Positions 27,924-37,327 of a stretch of DNA of 38,934 nt are shown piece after piece; position 1 is the stretch's first letter, and each line of letters opens with the position of its first letter. Under the pieces are notes generated by a model. It was given only the letters and a program-made list of their open reading frames with translations. It was not told the DNA's origin and did not search any database. The translations under genes and the position numbers were made by a program. The DNA comes from a virus (Duplodnaviria; Caudoviricetes): positions 1 to 38,934 of the IMG/VR virus record IMGVR_UViG_3300038314_001026, one strand, 5' to 3'.

Positions 27924-28429
27924 GACCCACTAAATTAGAATATTTTCTTAACATGGCGACCCTAGTATCAACTAGGTCTACATGCAAGCGTAGGGCTGTC
28001 GGTTGTGTGCTTGTTGATAGCAATGACTATGTTATTGCAACAGGATACAATGGGGTTGGAAGTGGACAGATCCACTGCATCTCTGAACCGTGCGCCGGGT
28101 CTAACTATAAGACTGGAGAAGGTCTTGACAAGTGCGAGGCAATTCATGCTGAGCAGAACGCTATCCTTCAATGCAGGGACGTGCAGAAAATCAAGACAGC
28201 ATTTATTACACTCAGTCCGTGTGTAACTTGTGCAAAGCTTTTGTTGAATACAAGTTGCAGGACAATTATATTTGACAGAGAGTATATTAATACGGACGCA
28301 GAAAGGATATGGAAAAATGCAGGAAGAAATTGGGTTAAATCAGCAGATGCCGCTTTGGGCACCAAATTCTCGTTGGACACCCCCAGCGACTTTACCAGAC
28401 TTGTCCTCGGCAAGTATCTTAGCGATTGA
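27920..28429 (+). CDS. dCMP deaminase
   Basis: RSTC.R..VGCV, ATGYNG, HAEQNA, SPCVTC Zn motifs. Confidence 0.93.
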   Translation: MRPTKLEYFLNMATLVSTRSTCKRRAVGCVLVDSNDYVIATGYNGVGSGQIHCISEPCAGSNYKTGEGLDKCEAIHAEQNAILQCRDVQKIKTAFITLSPCVTCAKLLLNTSCRTIIFDREYINTDAERIWKNAGRNWVKSADAALGTKFSLDTPSDFTRLVLGKYLSD

Positions 28430-30254
28430 TCTAGAGACATATGACCCTAATCTTTTAACGCATGGACCAGGAGGAGTAAGAAATGATGGAAAAATTATTG
28501 GGATTGCAATTTCAGCAGACACTGAAGTGGCGCGGTACTACCCAGTTGGGCATGCCGGCGGAGGCAACCTTGACCGTGACGTTGTGTGGAGATGGGCGAA
28601 AAAGCAGCTCGGTCAACATACAGCGCATGTACCGAAGGTTGGCGCGAATATCCTCTATGATCTCGAGTGGCTCCGTGCCGAAGGGATTGAAGTTTCTGGG
28701 AGGATTTTCGACATACAGGTCGCAGAGCCTCTCATCAATGAGGAAAGCGCAGAAGGATACTCACTAGAGGTCCTCAGTAAGAAATACATAGGCAAGGGAA
28801 AAGAGGAAGAGCTTCTAAGGGAAGCCGCAATTGCATACAATGTAGACCCTAAGAAAGAGCTTTACAAACTGCCCGCACATTATGTAGGACCTTACGCAGA
28901 AGGAGACGTCATTAACACAATGACCATCTGGAAGCAACAGCAAAAAATCCTTGAAGATCAAGGACTTATGGACATATTTAAGCTTGAATCAAACCTCATT
29001 CCAATGCTTTTAGACATGAGATTCAAGGGGGTAAAGATAGATATTGGCAAGGCAGAACAGCTTAATAATCGGTATATAAAAACTGAAAAAGTGATATTGT
29101 CTAGCCTGAGAAAGATGGCTGGATTCCCAGTTGAACCTTGGAGCAACCAGCAGTTGGCAGAGGCATGCAAGGAGCGTGGCATATGGTTTCCTGAGACAGA
29201 GGCAGGCAATCCTTCATTCACTGCTAGCTTTATGAACAAAAGCGACAATGAGTTCTTAAAAGAGGTTGCTGAGTTTAGGAAAGTAAACAAGATGAGACGT
29301 GACTTCATTGAGAAGGTCTGTCTCAAGATGAATCATAAAGGGAGAATACATGCGCAATTTCATCAGCTACGTAAGGACTCAGACGGGACACGTACAGGGA
29401 GATTTTCGTCGTCAAACCCAAACCTTCAGCAGATACCTGCGAGGGACGAAAATTGGGGTCCTCTTGTCAGGAACCTGTTTATTCCTGATGATGGCCATCT
29501 CTGGTCTCGTATGGATTATAACCAACAAGAGCCAAGAGTTCTTGTTCACTATGCTGCATTACGTGAAATTCCAGGGGCTGAGAAGGCCGCTGATTTATAT
29601 AGGAGTGATGCTTCTACTGATTTCCATCAAATGGTTGCAGAGATGGCAGGCATTGAAAGGAAGGTTGCAAAGTCTATAAACCTAGGAATCATGTATGGCA
29701 TGGGACCATACAAGCTTTCAACAATGCTCAACATGACATATGAGCAGGCAACAGAGTTGCTTGAGCATTACCATCAAAAGGTTCCTTTCTTAAGAGGGCT
29801 CATGCATGAGTGCACAAAGTCTGCAACACACAAGGGGACAATTAAAACATTATTAGGAAGAAGAAGGCACTTTGATTTTTGGGAACCTGCCGACTTTAAA
29901 AATAAATATCCCAACAAGGAAATGCCACTAAGAAAAGAAGAGGCAGAACGTATTTGGAAAGGAAGACCTTTAAGAAGGGCACATACGCACAAGGCATTGA
30001 ATGCACTAATACAAGGATCAAGCGCTGACATTACAAAGCAAGCCATGCTTGACATATATAATGAGACAGGAATCGCGTGCCACATGCAAGTGCATGACGA
30101 GTTAGATTTTAGCTTTAACAATAACACGCAGTTAAAAAAGGTAAAAGAACTAATGGAGAATAGTGTAAAGCTAGAGGTTCCATTAGAGGTTACAGTTGAG
30201 ACAGGAAAATCTTGGGGATCTGTAAAAAAGAATAATTGGGGAGGTGTAAAATAA
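28317..30254 (+). CDS. polA: DNA polymerase family A with 3'-5' exonuclease
   Basis: DLET exo I, TGRFSSSNPNLQQIP, DYNQQEPR motif A, KSINLGIMYG motif B, VHDEL motif C; start probably ATG 28317 after AAAGGA. Confidence 0.95.
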   Translation: MQEEIGLNQQMPLWAPNSRWTPPATLPDLSSASILAIDLETYDPNLLTHGPGGVRNDGKIIGIAISADTEVARYYPVGHAGGGNLDRDVVWRWAKKQLGQHTAHVPKVGANILYDLEWLRAEGIEVSGRIFDIQVAEPLINEESAEGYSLEVLSKKYIGKGKEEELLREAAIAYNVDPKKELYKLPAHYVGPYAEGDVINTMTIWKQQQKILEDQGLMDIFKLESNLIPMLLDMRFKGVKIDIGKAEQLNNRYIKTEKVILSSLRKMAGFPVEPWSNQQLAEACKERGIWFPETEAGNPSFTASFMNKSDNEFLKEVAEFRKVNKMRRDFIEKVCLKMNHKGRIHAQFHQLRKDSDGTRTGRFSSSNPNLQQIPARDENWGPLVRNLFIPDDGHLWSRMDYNQQEPRVLVHYAALREIPGAEKAADLYRSDASTDFHQMVAEMAGIERKVAKSINLGIMYGMGPYKLSTMLNMTYEQATELLEHYHQKVPFLRGLMHECTKSATHKGTIKTLLGRRRHFDFWEPADFKNKYPNKEMPLRKEEAERIWKGRPLRRAHTHKALNALIQGSSADITKQAMLDIYNETGIACHMQVHDELDFSFNNNTQLKKVKELMENSVKLEVPLEVTVETGKSWGSVKKNNWGGVK

Positions 30255-30634
30255 TGTGGGTGTTTACTAATCATGGATTTTTAAGTATAGTAGAACATAG
30301 TAAACGAAAGGATACTCTTGTTGTACGCGCAAGAAGGAAGGAGCACCTTGAAACATATTTTAACGAGTTTAAAATCAATTATACTCCTAACAGAGACTAC
30401 CAATACAGGATTTTTATCACTAAAAAATATTTTGCAGACCACATGCATAGCATCGTACAAGATATTGACTACCCTAATTTTAAAAGTTCTATTAAGGACA
30501 AAAAACTCGGTGCTGTTGCTTCCATGGTATGGCATAATGTATTCGTAGGTCTAGATGAAGGAAACAGAACTATGGTCTCTACTTCGTCAAAAAATACCGG
30601 GCCATATGGTAAGGATAGAAAACCTCGTAACTAA
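30254..30634 (+). CDS. Hypothetical phage protein
   Basis: TAATG coupling with polA; MWVFTNHGFLSIV...VRAR...DYQYR...IDYPNFK. Confidence 0.75.
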   Translation: MWVFTNHGFLSIVEHSKRKDTLVVRARRKEHLETYFNEFKINYTPNRDYQYRIFITKKYFADHMHSIVQDIDYPNFKSSIKDKKLGAVASMVWHNVFVGLDEGNRTMVSTSSKNTGPYGKDRKPRN

Positions 30635-30956
30635 AGGTGTACCTGATGTTCATTGCTGCTATCAAGGAAAATATACATGGCTAGAGCTAAAGATAGCAAG
30701 CGGCAACTATGTTTACTTTCAATCTTCTCAGATTGCTTTTATGGCAGAGGTGATAAAGCACAAGGAAAACATGAAAGTATTAATGAGAAAGAAAGAGTTA
30801 ATTTACGTAATAAATCCAAAAGTCATTATTAATTCGTGTAAAACTGAACAAAAAAATGATAAAGTACAGATTGAAATTAAAAATCTTTCAAGCGCCTCTA
30901 TTTGGGGCCAGCCTTGGAGGTGGGACGAGATTATAAAAGAAATTTATAGTCTATAG
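30555..30956 (+). CDS. PD-(D/E)xK nuclease (resolvase/VRR-NUC-like)
   Basis: RIEN...GVPDV...WLELK...Q motifs. Confidence 0.8.
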   Translation: MKETELWSLLRQKIPGHMVRIENLVTKGVPDVHCCYQGKYTWLELKIASGNYVYFQSSQIAFMAEVIKHKENMKVLMRKKELIYVINPKVIINSCKTEQKNDKVQIEIKNLSSASIWGQPWRWDEIIKEIYSL

Positions 30957-30968
30957 AAAGGAGAGAGC

Positions 30969-31289
30969 ATGACTGTATTTGTAGTACAGGAAGTTTATAA
31001 TAAAAATTTATTACCAGCTAAGAAGTTTGGTAGTTTAAGGCTCATGTTGCCTCCTGGCAATATAGTTCTTTCTGCAGTTCCAACTGTGAAAAGACTATGG
31101 AAAGCGCTAAATTCATATACAAACAAGGACTACATCTTATTGATGGGAGACCCTATTGCTATAGCTTTAGCAGGATCAATTGCCGCTGAATTAAATTCAG
31201 GTCGAGTTAATTATCTTAAGTGGGATAGACAAGAGAACCAGTACATTCCATTAGAGACTGATATACACAGGAGGTCAGATGAAGAATAG
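30969..31289 (+). CDS. Hypothetical replication-module protein
   Basis: SD AAGGAG; DYILLMGDP, LKWDRQ motifs. Confidence 0.75.
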   Translation: MTVFVVQEVYNKNLLPAKKFGSLRLMLPPGNIVLSAVPTVKRLWKALNSYTNKDYILLMGDPIAIALAGSIAAELNSGRVNYLKWDRQENQYIPLETDIHRRSDEE

Positions 31290-31860
31290 TAAAGCAAAAA
31301 AGATTGTTACTGATGTAATCCTAGAGGATCCTAAAAAATCTTTTAAGTTTACAGATGAGCAACTTGGAAAGGTACAAAGGCTTATTCATGAAAATTCAGA
31401 ATTAATGGATCATGTTGAGCACTGCGAAAAATCTTTAAAATTTGTTAAAGATGCCTTGAAGAAAAATGTAGAGGAAGATATTCCAAATGCATTAGAAGAG
31501 TTTGGAATGACTGAAATTACAACGAATGACGGCAGTAAGGTAAGTGTGAAACTTCTTTACCGTGGGTATATTACAGAGATTAATAAGGCAAAAGCATTCC
31601 AGTGGCTAAGAGACAATAACCATGGAGACCTTATAAAGAACGAGATAAAAATAACCTTTGGCAAGGGGGAAGATGCAGAAGCTGCAAATACAAAAGAGTT
31701 CCTCAATACCAAAGGACAAAGTTTCACGGACAGGGAGGCGGTACACCCACAGTCTCTCTACGCTTTCATACGTGAACAGTCTGAAGCTGGTAAGCCCTTG
31801 GCTGAAGACTTGTTGGGTGTACACATAGGGCGTGTTGCAACAATTAAGAAAGGAGAGTAG
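31279..31860 (+). CDS. Hypothetical replication-module protein
   Basis: Coiled-coil N-terminus, AFQWLRDNNHGDLIKNEI, VHPQSL.AF; SD GGAGG. Confidence 0.75.
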   Translation: MKNSKAKKIVTDVILEDPKKSFKFTDEQLGKVQRLIHENSELMDHVEHCEKSLKFVKDALKKNVEEDIPNALEEFGMTEITTNDGSKVSVKLLYRGYITEINKAKAFQWLRDNNHGDLIKNEIKITFGKGEDAEAANTKEFLNTKGQSFTDREAVHPQSLYAFIREQSEAGKPLAEDLLGVHIGRVATIKKGE

Positions 31861-31865
31861 CTCTT

Positions 31866-32597
31866 ATGGCAAACATACAGAAAACTAAGTCTACAGAATT
31901 ATCTAAAATAGACTTTGCTGCTGATGCCGGAATTGGTCTTGAGAAAATGAATGCTCGAGATTTAGCTATCCCCTTCTATGTTCTGCTGCAAAAAACCAGT
32001 CCTCAAGTTGAGGACATCGAGGTCGCAAAACCAGGGATGATCTTTAATACTGTCACAAATGAAATTTTTGACAGCTTAAAAGTCATACCATGTGGTTATA
32101 AGCGATGCCTAGTTGAATGGGTTCCTCGAGACAAAGGTGGAGGGTATGTAGGTGTTCATGAGACTAACAGTGAACTTGCCAATAGACCTAGAAATGATAG
32201 AGGAGAGATTGAATTAGACAATGGAAATATCCTTGTTGAAACTTCATATCACTTTATCCTTGCAGGAGATAGGCTAGAGACGTCTGTCATTAGTATGACA
32301 AGCACTCAGCTGAAGAAATCTAGAAGATGGAATAGTTTGCAATTCGGTTTAAAGGTACCTAGTGGGAATGGCGAGATGGTCACTCCTGCCTCTTTCAGTC
32401 ACATATATAAGTTAAGTTCAGTTGCTGAAAAGAATGACAAGGGATCCTGGCACGGTTGGAACATTGAAATAGCTGGTCCAATAAAAGATACACATGTGTA
32501 TCAGGTTGCTAAGACCTTTGCAGGTACAGTTAGAAGTGGTGAAGTTCAAGTAACGCCACCTGCTAGAGAAGAAGCAAAAGAAAATAAAGACTTTTAA
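31866..32597 (+). CDS. Putative ssDNA-binding/annealing protein
   Basis: DLAIPF..LLQ..SPQ, STQLKKSRRWNS, KNDKGSWHGW; acidic/aromatic C-terminus (..KDF); precedes the primase. Confidence 0.55.
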   Translation: MANIQKTKSTELSKIDFAADAGIGLEKMNARDLAIPFYVLLQKTSPQVEDIEVAKPGMIFNTVTNEIFDSLKVIPCGYKRCLVEWVPRDKGGGYVGVHETNSELANRPRNDRGEIELDNGNILVETSYHFILAGDRLETSVISMTSTQLKKSRRWNSLQFGLKVPSGNGEMVTPASFSHIYKLSSVAEKNDKGSWHGWNIEIAGPIKDTHVYQVAKTFAGTVRSGEVQVTPPAREEAKENKDF

Positions 32598-32605
32598 GGA
32601 GCAGC

Positions 32606-34120
32606 ATGGAAGACAAATTCATGTCTCTCTTTGCTGGTCTTGAAAGAGCCCACGGCACGTACGATATAAAAGACGCACGTGCCGATGGAAAACTTACAGG
32701 AAATGCAGTAACCGTTAGAGAGAAGGTTACACTAGACCATTGGAAAAAACATCTAGATGGAAGCAAAGGACTAGGCATTATACCTATTAACGACCAGTCA
32801 AAAGTTAAATTTGGCGTCATTGACGTTGATGACTATAAAGGATTAGATCTAAAAGATCTTTCTAAAAAATTAGTAGAACAACATATTCCTTTTGTCCCAT
32901 GCAGGTCTAAGAGTGGAGGGGTACATCTTTATCTCTTCTGCAAGGAATGGATTAATGCAGAGGCAATGCAGCTAAAGCTCAAAGAGCTTGCTGCTGGCCT
33001 TGGATTTGGAGATGCAGAGATATTTCCTAAGCAGACAAAGATACTGGCTGACCGCGGTGATATTGGTCAGTGGATTAACATGCCCTACTTCAATAGCAGA
33101 GAAAGCCTAAGATACGCAATAGGAAAAGATGGGAATGCATTAAGTCCAGAGGAATTCTTAACATATGCAGAAGACCTCAAGGTTAATCTAGAAGAACTAA
33201 AAAAATGCCACGTGCAGGTAAATACAGAATTAGAAGAAGGTCCACCGTGCCTTCAATTATTAACAAAGCAAGGATTTCCAGAAGGAACTAGAAACAATGG
33301 ATTATTCAACCTGGCAGTATATGCAAGGAAGGCATTTCCAGATACATGGAGAAATGTAGTTGAACAATATAATATAAAGTTTATGGACCCACCTTTAACT
33401 AGTACAGAGGTATTAAATGTCATAAAATCAGCAAATAAAAAATCATATCAATATACATGCAGCAGGCCTCCTATCGCCCCTCATTGTAATGCAGCTGTCT
33501 GCAAGCTAAGGAAGCATGGCATTGGCAATGATGGAAAAATGCCGAACATTCATTCCTTGACAAAGTATAATACGCAGCCACCTATATGGTTTCTTGATGT
33601 TGAAGGATGTGGTAGAATAGAATTAGAAACAGATGACCTACAAAACCAAAGAAGATTTCAGCGTAAGTGCATGGAGAAATTAAACATGATGCCAGCCAAG
33701 ATGAATGAGAACTCTTGGAACCAACTTATAAATCACCTGTTTGAAAACTTAACTATGATAGAGGCTCCTACTGATGCTAGTCCTGTTGGACAGATGATGG
33801 AGCTCATTGAAAGATTTTGCACTAACAGGTCGCAGGCACTAGACAAGGGAGAGATATTGTTAGGAAAACCGTGGACCGAAGATGGCAGGCACTTCTTTAG
33901 GATATCAGACATCATGTCATTTTTTGATCGGCAGCATTTCAGAGAGTTTAAGGTACAACAGGTAACTTCAATATTAAAACAACATAAGGCTGAACATCAC
34001 TTCTTTAATGTCAAGGGAAAAGGAGTCAATGCATGGTCCTTGCCTGCATTTGCACAGCAAGAAGAAGGTCATGATCTACCAAAGGAATTAGATGGCAAAG
34101 AAAAAGAATCAGTCTTTTAA
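32606..34120 (+). CDS. AEP-superfamily primase(-polymerase)
   Basis: IDVD catalytic motif, RSKSGGVHLYLF, EIFPKQ, INMPYF, PPCL...EGTRNNGLF, Cys cluster. Confidence 0.85.
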   Translation: MEDKFMSLFAGLERAHGTYDIKDARADGKLTGNAVTVREKVTLDHWKKHLDGSKGLGIIPINDQSKVKFGVIDVDDYKGLDLKDLSKKLVEQHIPFVPCRSKSGGVHLYLFCKEWINAEAMQLKLKELAAGLGFGDAEIFPKQTKILADRGDIGQWINMPYFNSRESLRYAIGKDGNALSPEEFLTYAEDLKVNLEELKKCHVQVNTELEEGPPCLQLLTKQGFPEGTRNNGLFNLAVYARKAFPDTWRNVVEQYNIKFMDPPLTSTEVLNVIKSANKKSYQYTCSRPPIAPHCNAAVCKLRKHGIGNDGKMPNIHSLTKYNTQPPIWFLDVEGCGRIELETDDLQNQRRFQRKCMEKLNMMPAKMNENSWNQLINHLFENLTMIEAPTDASPVGQMMELIERFCTNRSQALDKGEILLGKPWTEDGRHFFRISDIMSFFDRQHFREFKVQQVTSILKQHKAEHHFFNVKGKGVNAWSLPAFAQQEEGHDLPKELDGKEKESVF

Positions 34121-34409
34121 CATGCCTTACCCTTGGGTAAGGATATATTGGACAGATCCAACAAGTCGTGCTGAATGGCAGACTAAGAAAGATCTTGAAA
34201 CATTTAATCCTACCCTGTGTGTTGAAACGGGATATTTATTTAATCAGAAAAAAGGTATAACTAGGGTATTTTCTAGTTATAACATAGGAGATGACGGATC
34301 CATAGACGACTATGGATGCACAACAGTGATACCAACTAAACTTATAACAAAGATAGAATATGGAACATTCAAACCTACACGTGGTCCTCGGCCCTCCAGG
34401 AACCGGTAA
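34092..34409 (+). CDS. Hypothetical phage protein
   Basis: SD AAAGGA; YWTD...W...P.LC...GYL...VIP pattern. Confidence 0.65.
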   Translation: MAKKKNQSFNMPYPWVRIYWTDPTSRAEWQTKKDLETFNPTLCVETGYLFNQKKGITRVFSSYNIGDDGSIDDYGCTTVIPTKLITKIEYGTFKPTRGPRPSRNR

Positions 34410-35832
34410 GACCACAAAGTTATTAAATCTGGTGGAAAACCATCTTAATGATGGTGTGCTTCCAGATCATATTGGTTACCTTGCCTTCACTAAGAAGGCA
34501 GCAAATGAGGCGGTAGAAAGGGCGTGTATTAAATTTGACTATACAAGCCAGCAGCTTCCTTATTTCAGGACGATCCATAGCCTATGTTTTCAGCAATTAG
34601 GATTAAGGAGAGATGATGTCATGAAGCGTTCTCACTATAAGGAGCTTGGTGCAATGATAGGTGTAGACGTGACGGGGTCCGCTAGCATAAGTGAAGGCGC
34701 CTCTTTCGGTATGACAATAGGAGACAGGCTGTTCTTCTTAGAGAATCTTTCTAGGATAAAAAGAATACCATTACGTCAGGTCTATGACGAAAGCAATGAT
34801 GAGGATATTAATTGGTTTGAGCTAGAGCGATTACAAAGGGCACTCGCCTCTTATAAAAAGAAAAGGCAGGTCGTTGACTATACTGACATGCTGCAAAAGT
34901 GTCTTAATATAGACACATTTCCTAAGATACGCATCTTATTTGTAGATGAGGCGCAAGACCTCTCTAAACTGCAGTGGGATATCATAAGCAAGATAGGCAA
35001 AGAAACGGAGGTAATATATGTCGCAGGAGATGACGATCAAGCTATCTATAGATGGGCCGGAGCCGATGTTGACCAGTTCATTGGACTTGATGGAGATCAT
35101 GAGGTACTTAAAACATCACATCGAGTCCCACGCACAATCTGGGAGCTTGGAACTAAGCTTAGTCTTCGCATCAAACATAGAAGACAAAAAGAATTCAAGC
35201 CGAAAGAAAGTCAGGGCACAGTTAGCTGGTACATGGACCCAGAAGACGTCGACATTTCCAAAGGTGAATGGTACCTCCTAGCGAGGAATGGATACATGCT
35301 GAAACAATTAGAAATAATTTGCATAAAGAATGGATATCCATACTCTGCCGGCAGTAGGTCGCCATTAAATTCTGAGGCTTTACAGGCAATACGCTACTGG
35401 ACACGATGGTCCAAGGGAGAATCAATACTCGGTAGCGGCGTTAAAGTTATATATAGATATATGGTGACCCGCTGTCCGCGTGGTATTGATCCCGACAAGT
35501 ATTATACCATAAATGACTTTGATCTTAAACCAGTTATATGGCATGGCGCATTAAATAAATTAGATCCAAAGGATCGAGAGTACTACATTGCGCTGCTAAG
35601 GAGAGGGGAAGACATCAAGAAAAATCCTAGGATCAAGATCAGTACAATCCACGGTGTGAAGGGAGGAGAGGCAGACAATATAATGCTGCTTACTGACATC
35701 GCTCCGCGGACATATAGGGAGATGCACGCGACACCTGATGATGAGCTGAGGGTATTTTATGTTGCGGTGACAAGAGCTAAGGAAAACCTTCATATTGTTC
35801 AGCCTCAGACAAACATGGCTTTTTTGTTATAA
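34360..35832 (+). CDS. UvrD/Rep-like SF1 helicase
   Basis: GPPGTGKTT, AFTKKAA, TIHS, VDEAQD, GDDDQAIY.W.GA, STIHGVKGGE, YVAVTRAK. Confidence 0.95.
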   Translation: MEHSNLHVVLGPPGTGKTTKLLNLVENHLNDGVLPDHIGYLAFTKKAANEAVERACIKFDYTSQQLPYFRTIHSLCFQQLGLRRDDVMKRSHYKELGAMIGVDVTGSASISEGASFGMTIGDRLFFLENLSRIKRIPLRQVYDESNDEDINWFELERLQRALASYKKKRQVVDYTDMLQKCLNIDTFPKIRILFVDEAQDLSKLQWDIISKIGKETEVIYVAGDDDQAIYRWAGADVDQFIGLDGDHEVLKTSHRVPRTIWELGTKLSLRIKHRRQKEFKPKESQGTVSWYMDPEDVDISKGEWYLLARNGYMLKQLEIICIKNGYPYSAGSRSPLNSEALQAIRYWTRWSKGESILGSGVKVIYRYMVTRCPRGIDPDKYYTINDFDLKPVIWHGALNKLDPKDREYYIALLRRGEDIKKNPRIKISTIHGVKGGEADNIMLLTDIAPRTYREMHATPDDELRVFYVAVTRAKENLHIVQPQTNMAFLL

Positions 35833-35881
35833 ACGCATGAAAAAAGAACCCCATAGAGGCCCATAGAATGAGAAAAGTGAC

Positions 35882-37327
35882 ATGAGTCATAGTAATATAT
35901 ACCCCTTTAAGTCCGCCCCCTATGGACATCAACTAAAGGCTTGGGAGATAAGCAAAGACAAGAAGGTCTATGGTCTTTTCATGGAGATGGGCACAGGAAA
36001 GTCTAAGGTAATACTTGACAGCGCATCCTACCTCTATGATAATGGAAAGATAAATCTCCTGCTGATCATCGCACCGAAGGGCGCGTACCGTAATTGGGAG
36101 CTTAATGAAATCCCCAGCCATCTTCCTAGTCATGTCCTCTATAGGCTTGGGGTGTGGTCTTCTGTCCCTAAGGCAAAGGAGAAAGAGGCACTAGAATATG
36201 TCATGAATGAGACAGAAGACCTTAAGATTGTCCTCATGAATGTAGAATCTTTCAGCACAAGAAGGGCATGCAGGTGGGCAGAGAAACTGTTGATGAGCTC
36301 TGCTTCCATGATTGTCATTGATGAATCGACAACAATAAAAAATCCAAGGGCGTTAAGGACAAAGGCATTAATAAAGCTAGGCAACATGGCAAATTACAAG
36401 CGCATCTTGACAGGTGAGCCTGTGACACGCAGTCCTCTAGACCTATACAGCCAGTGCCAGTTTCTTGATGATACCTTATTAGGATTCTCTAGCTACTATT
36501 CATTTAGGAACAGGTATGCCATCATGAACAACATGAATCTTGGCAACAGGTCATTCAAGAAGATTGTAGGATACAGGCAGATAGAAGAGTTAAATTCAAT
36601 GATAAGGCTTTTTAGCTATAGGATCAAGAAGGAAGAGTGCCTTGACCTTCCTCCAAAGACATACCAGTACAGGTACATTGAGATGACAAAAGAACAGCAA
36701 CGCCACTATAAGACCATGCAAGACCTGTGCCTTGCGCAGGTAAAATCAGATGTTGTAACCGTCCCTAACAGGCTGTCACAACTAGTTAAACTGCACCAGA
36801 TATCATGCGGCCACCTTATTACAAATGACGGGAAGACACTGTATCTTGACAATAAAAGAATCAGCGTGCTGATGGACCTCCTAGAGGAGGCAGACAACAA
36901 GGTCATCATATGGGCATGCTACAGGGCTGACATCCATGCAATTGCCGAGGCGATAAAAGACAGGCATGGAGACACCTACGCCACATACTATGGAGACACT
37001 AGCTCTAAAGATAGAAATGACATATTAAAAAAATTTACTGATAAGAATTCAGACATGAGATTCTTTATAGGAAATCCAGCAACAGCTGGCTATGGGTTGA
37101 ACTTGCAGGTTGCAAGCACCGTCATCTACTATTCAAACAGCTATAACCTAGAGCACCGCATCCAGTCAGAGGATCGTGCGCACAGGATAGGGCAAGACAA
37201 CAAGGTCTCTTATGTAGATATTGTGACGTTGAAGTCTGTAGATAAGATGATTATAGATTCTTTAAAAGGTAAGAAGCAGATTGCAGCCCAGGTTATGGGC
37301 GACCAGTGGAAGGAATGGCTTCGGTAA
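35882..37327 (+). CDS. SNF2-like SF2 helicase
   Basis: MEMGTGKS, IDES, LTGEP, GYGLNL, QSEDRAHRIGQ. Confidence 0.95.
   Translation: MSHSNIYPFKSAPYGHQLKAWEISKDKKVYGLFMEMGTGKSKVILDSASYLYDNGKINLLLIIAPKGAYRNWELNEIPSHLPSHVLYRLGVWSSVPKAKEKEALEYVMNETEDLKIVLMNVESFSTRRACRWAEKLLMSSASMIVIDESTTIKNPRALRTKALIKLGNMANYKRILTGEPVTRSPLDLYSQCQFLDDTLLGFSSYYSFRNRYAIMNNMNLGNRSFKKIVGYRQIEELNSMIRLFSYRIKKEECLDLPPKTYQYRYIEMTKEQQRHYKTMQDLCLAQVKSDVVTVPNRLSQLVKLHQISCGHLITNDGKTLYLDNKRISVLMDLLEEADNKVIIWACYRADIHAIAEAIKDRHGDTYATYYGDTSSKDRNDILKKFTDKNSDMRFFIGNPATAGYGLNLQVASTVIYYSNSYNLEHRIQSEDRAHRIGQDNKVSYVDIVTLKSVDKMIIDSLKGKKQIAAQVMGDQWKEWLR

Noticed and set aside
22597-31858. Recurring AGAAAGGAGA before several starts (22611, 24631, 30969, 31866) as a phage promoter or operator
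   Set aside because: Always at Shine-Dalgarno distance from an ATG; explained as an extended ribosome-binding site.
35850-35867. Direct repeat CCCATAGA x2 between the helicase genes
   Set aside because: Only two 8-bp copies, with no further support.
23009-36909. Minus-strand and alternate-frame ORFs within the replication module (e.g. 29774-30274, 28958-29326)
   Set aside because: Fully nested in well-supported plus-strand genes, with no independent evidence.
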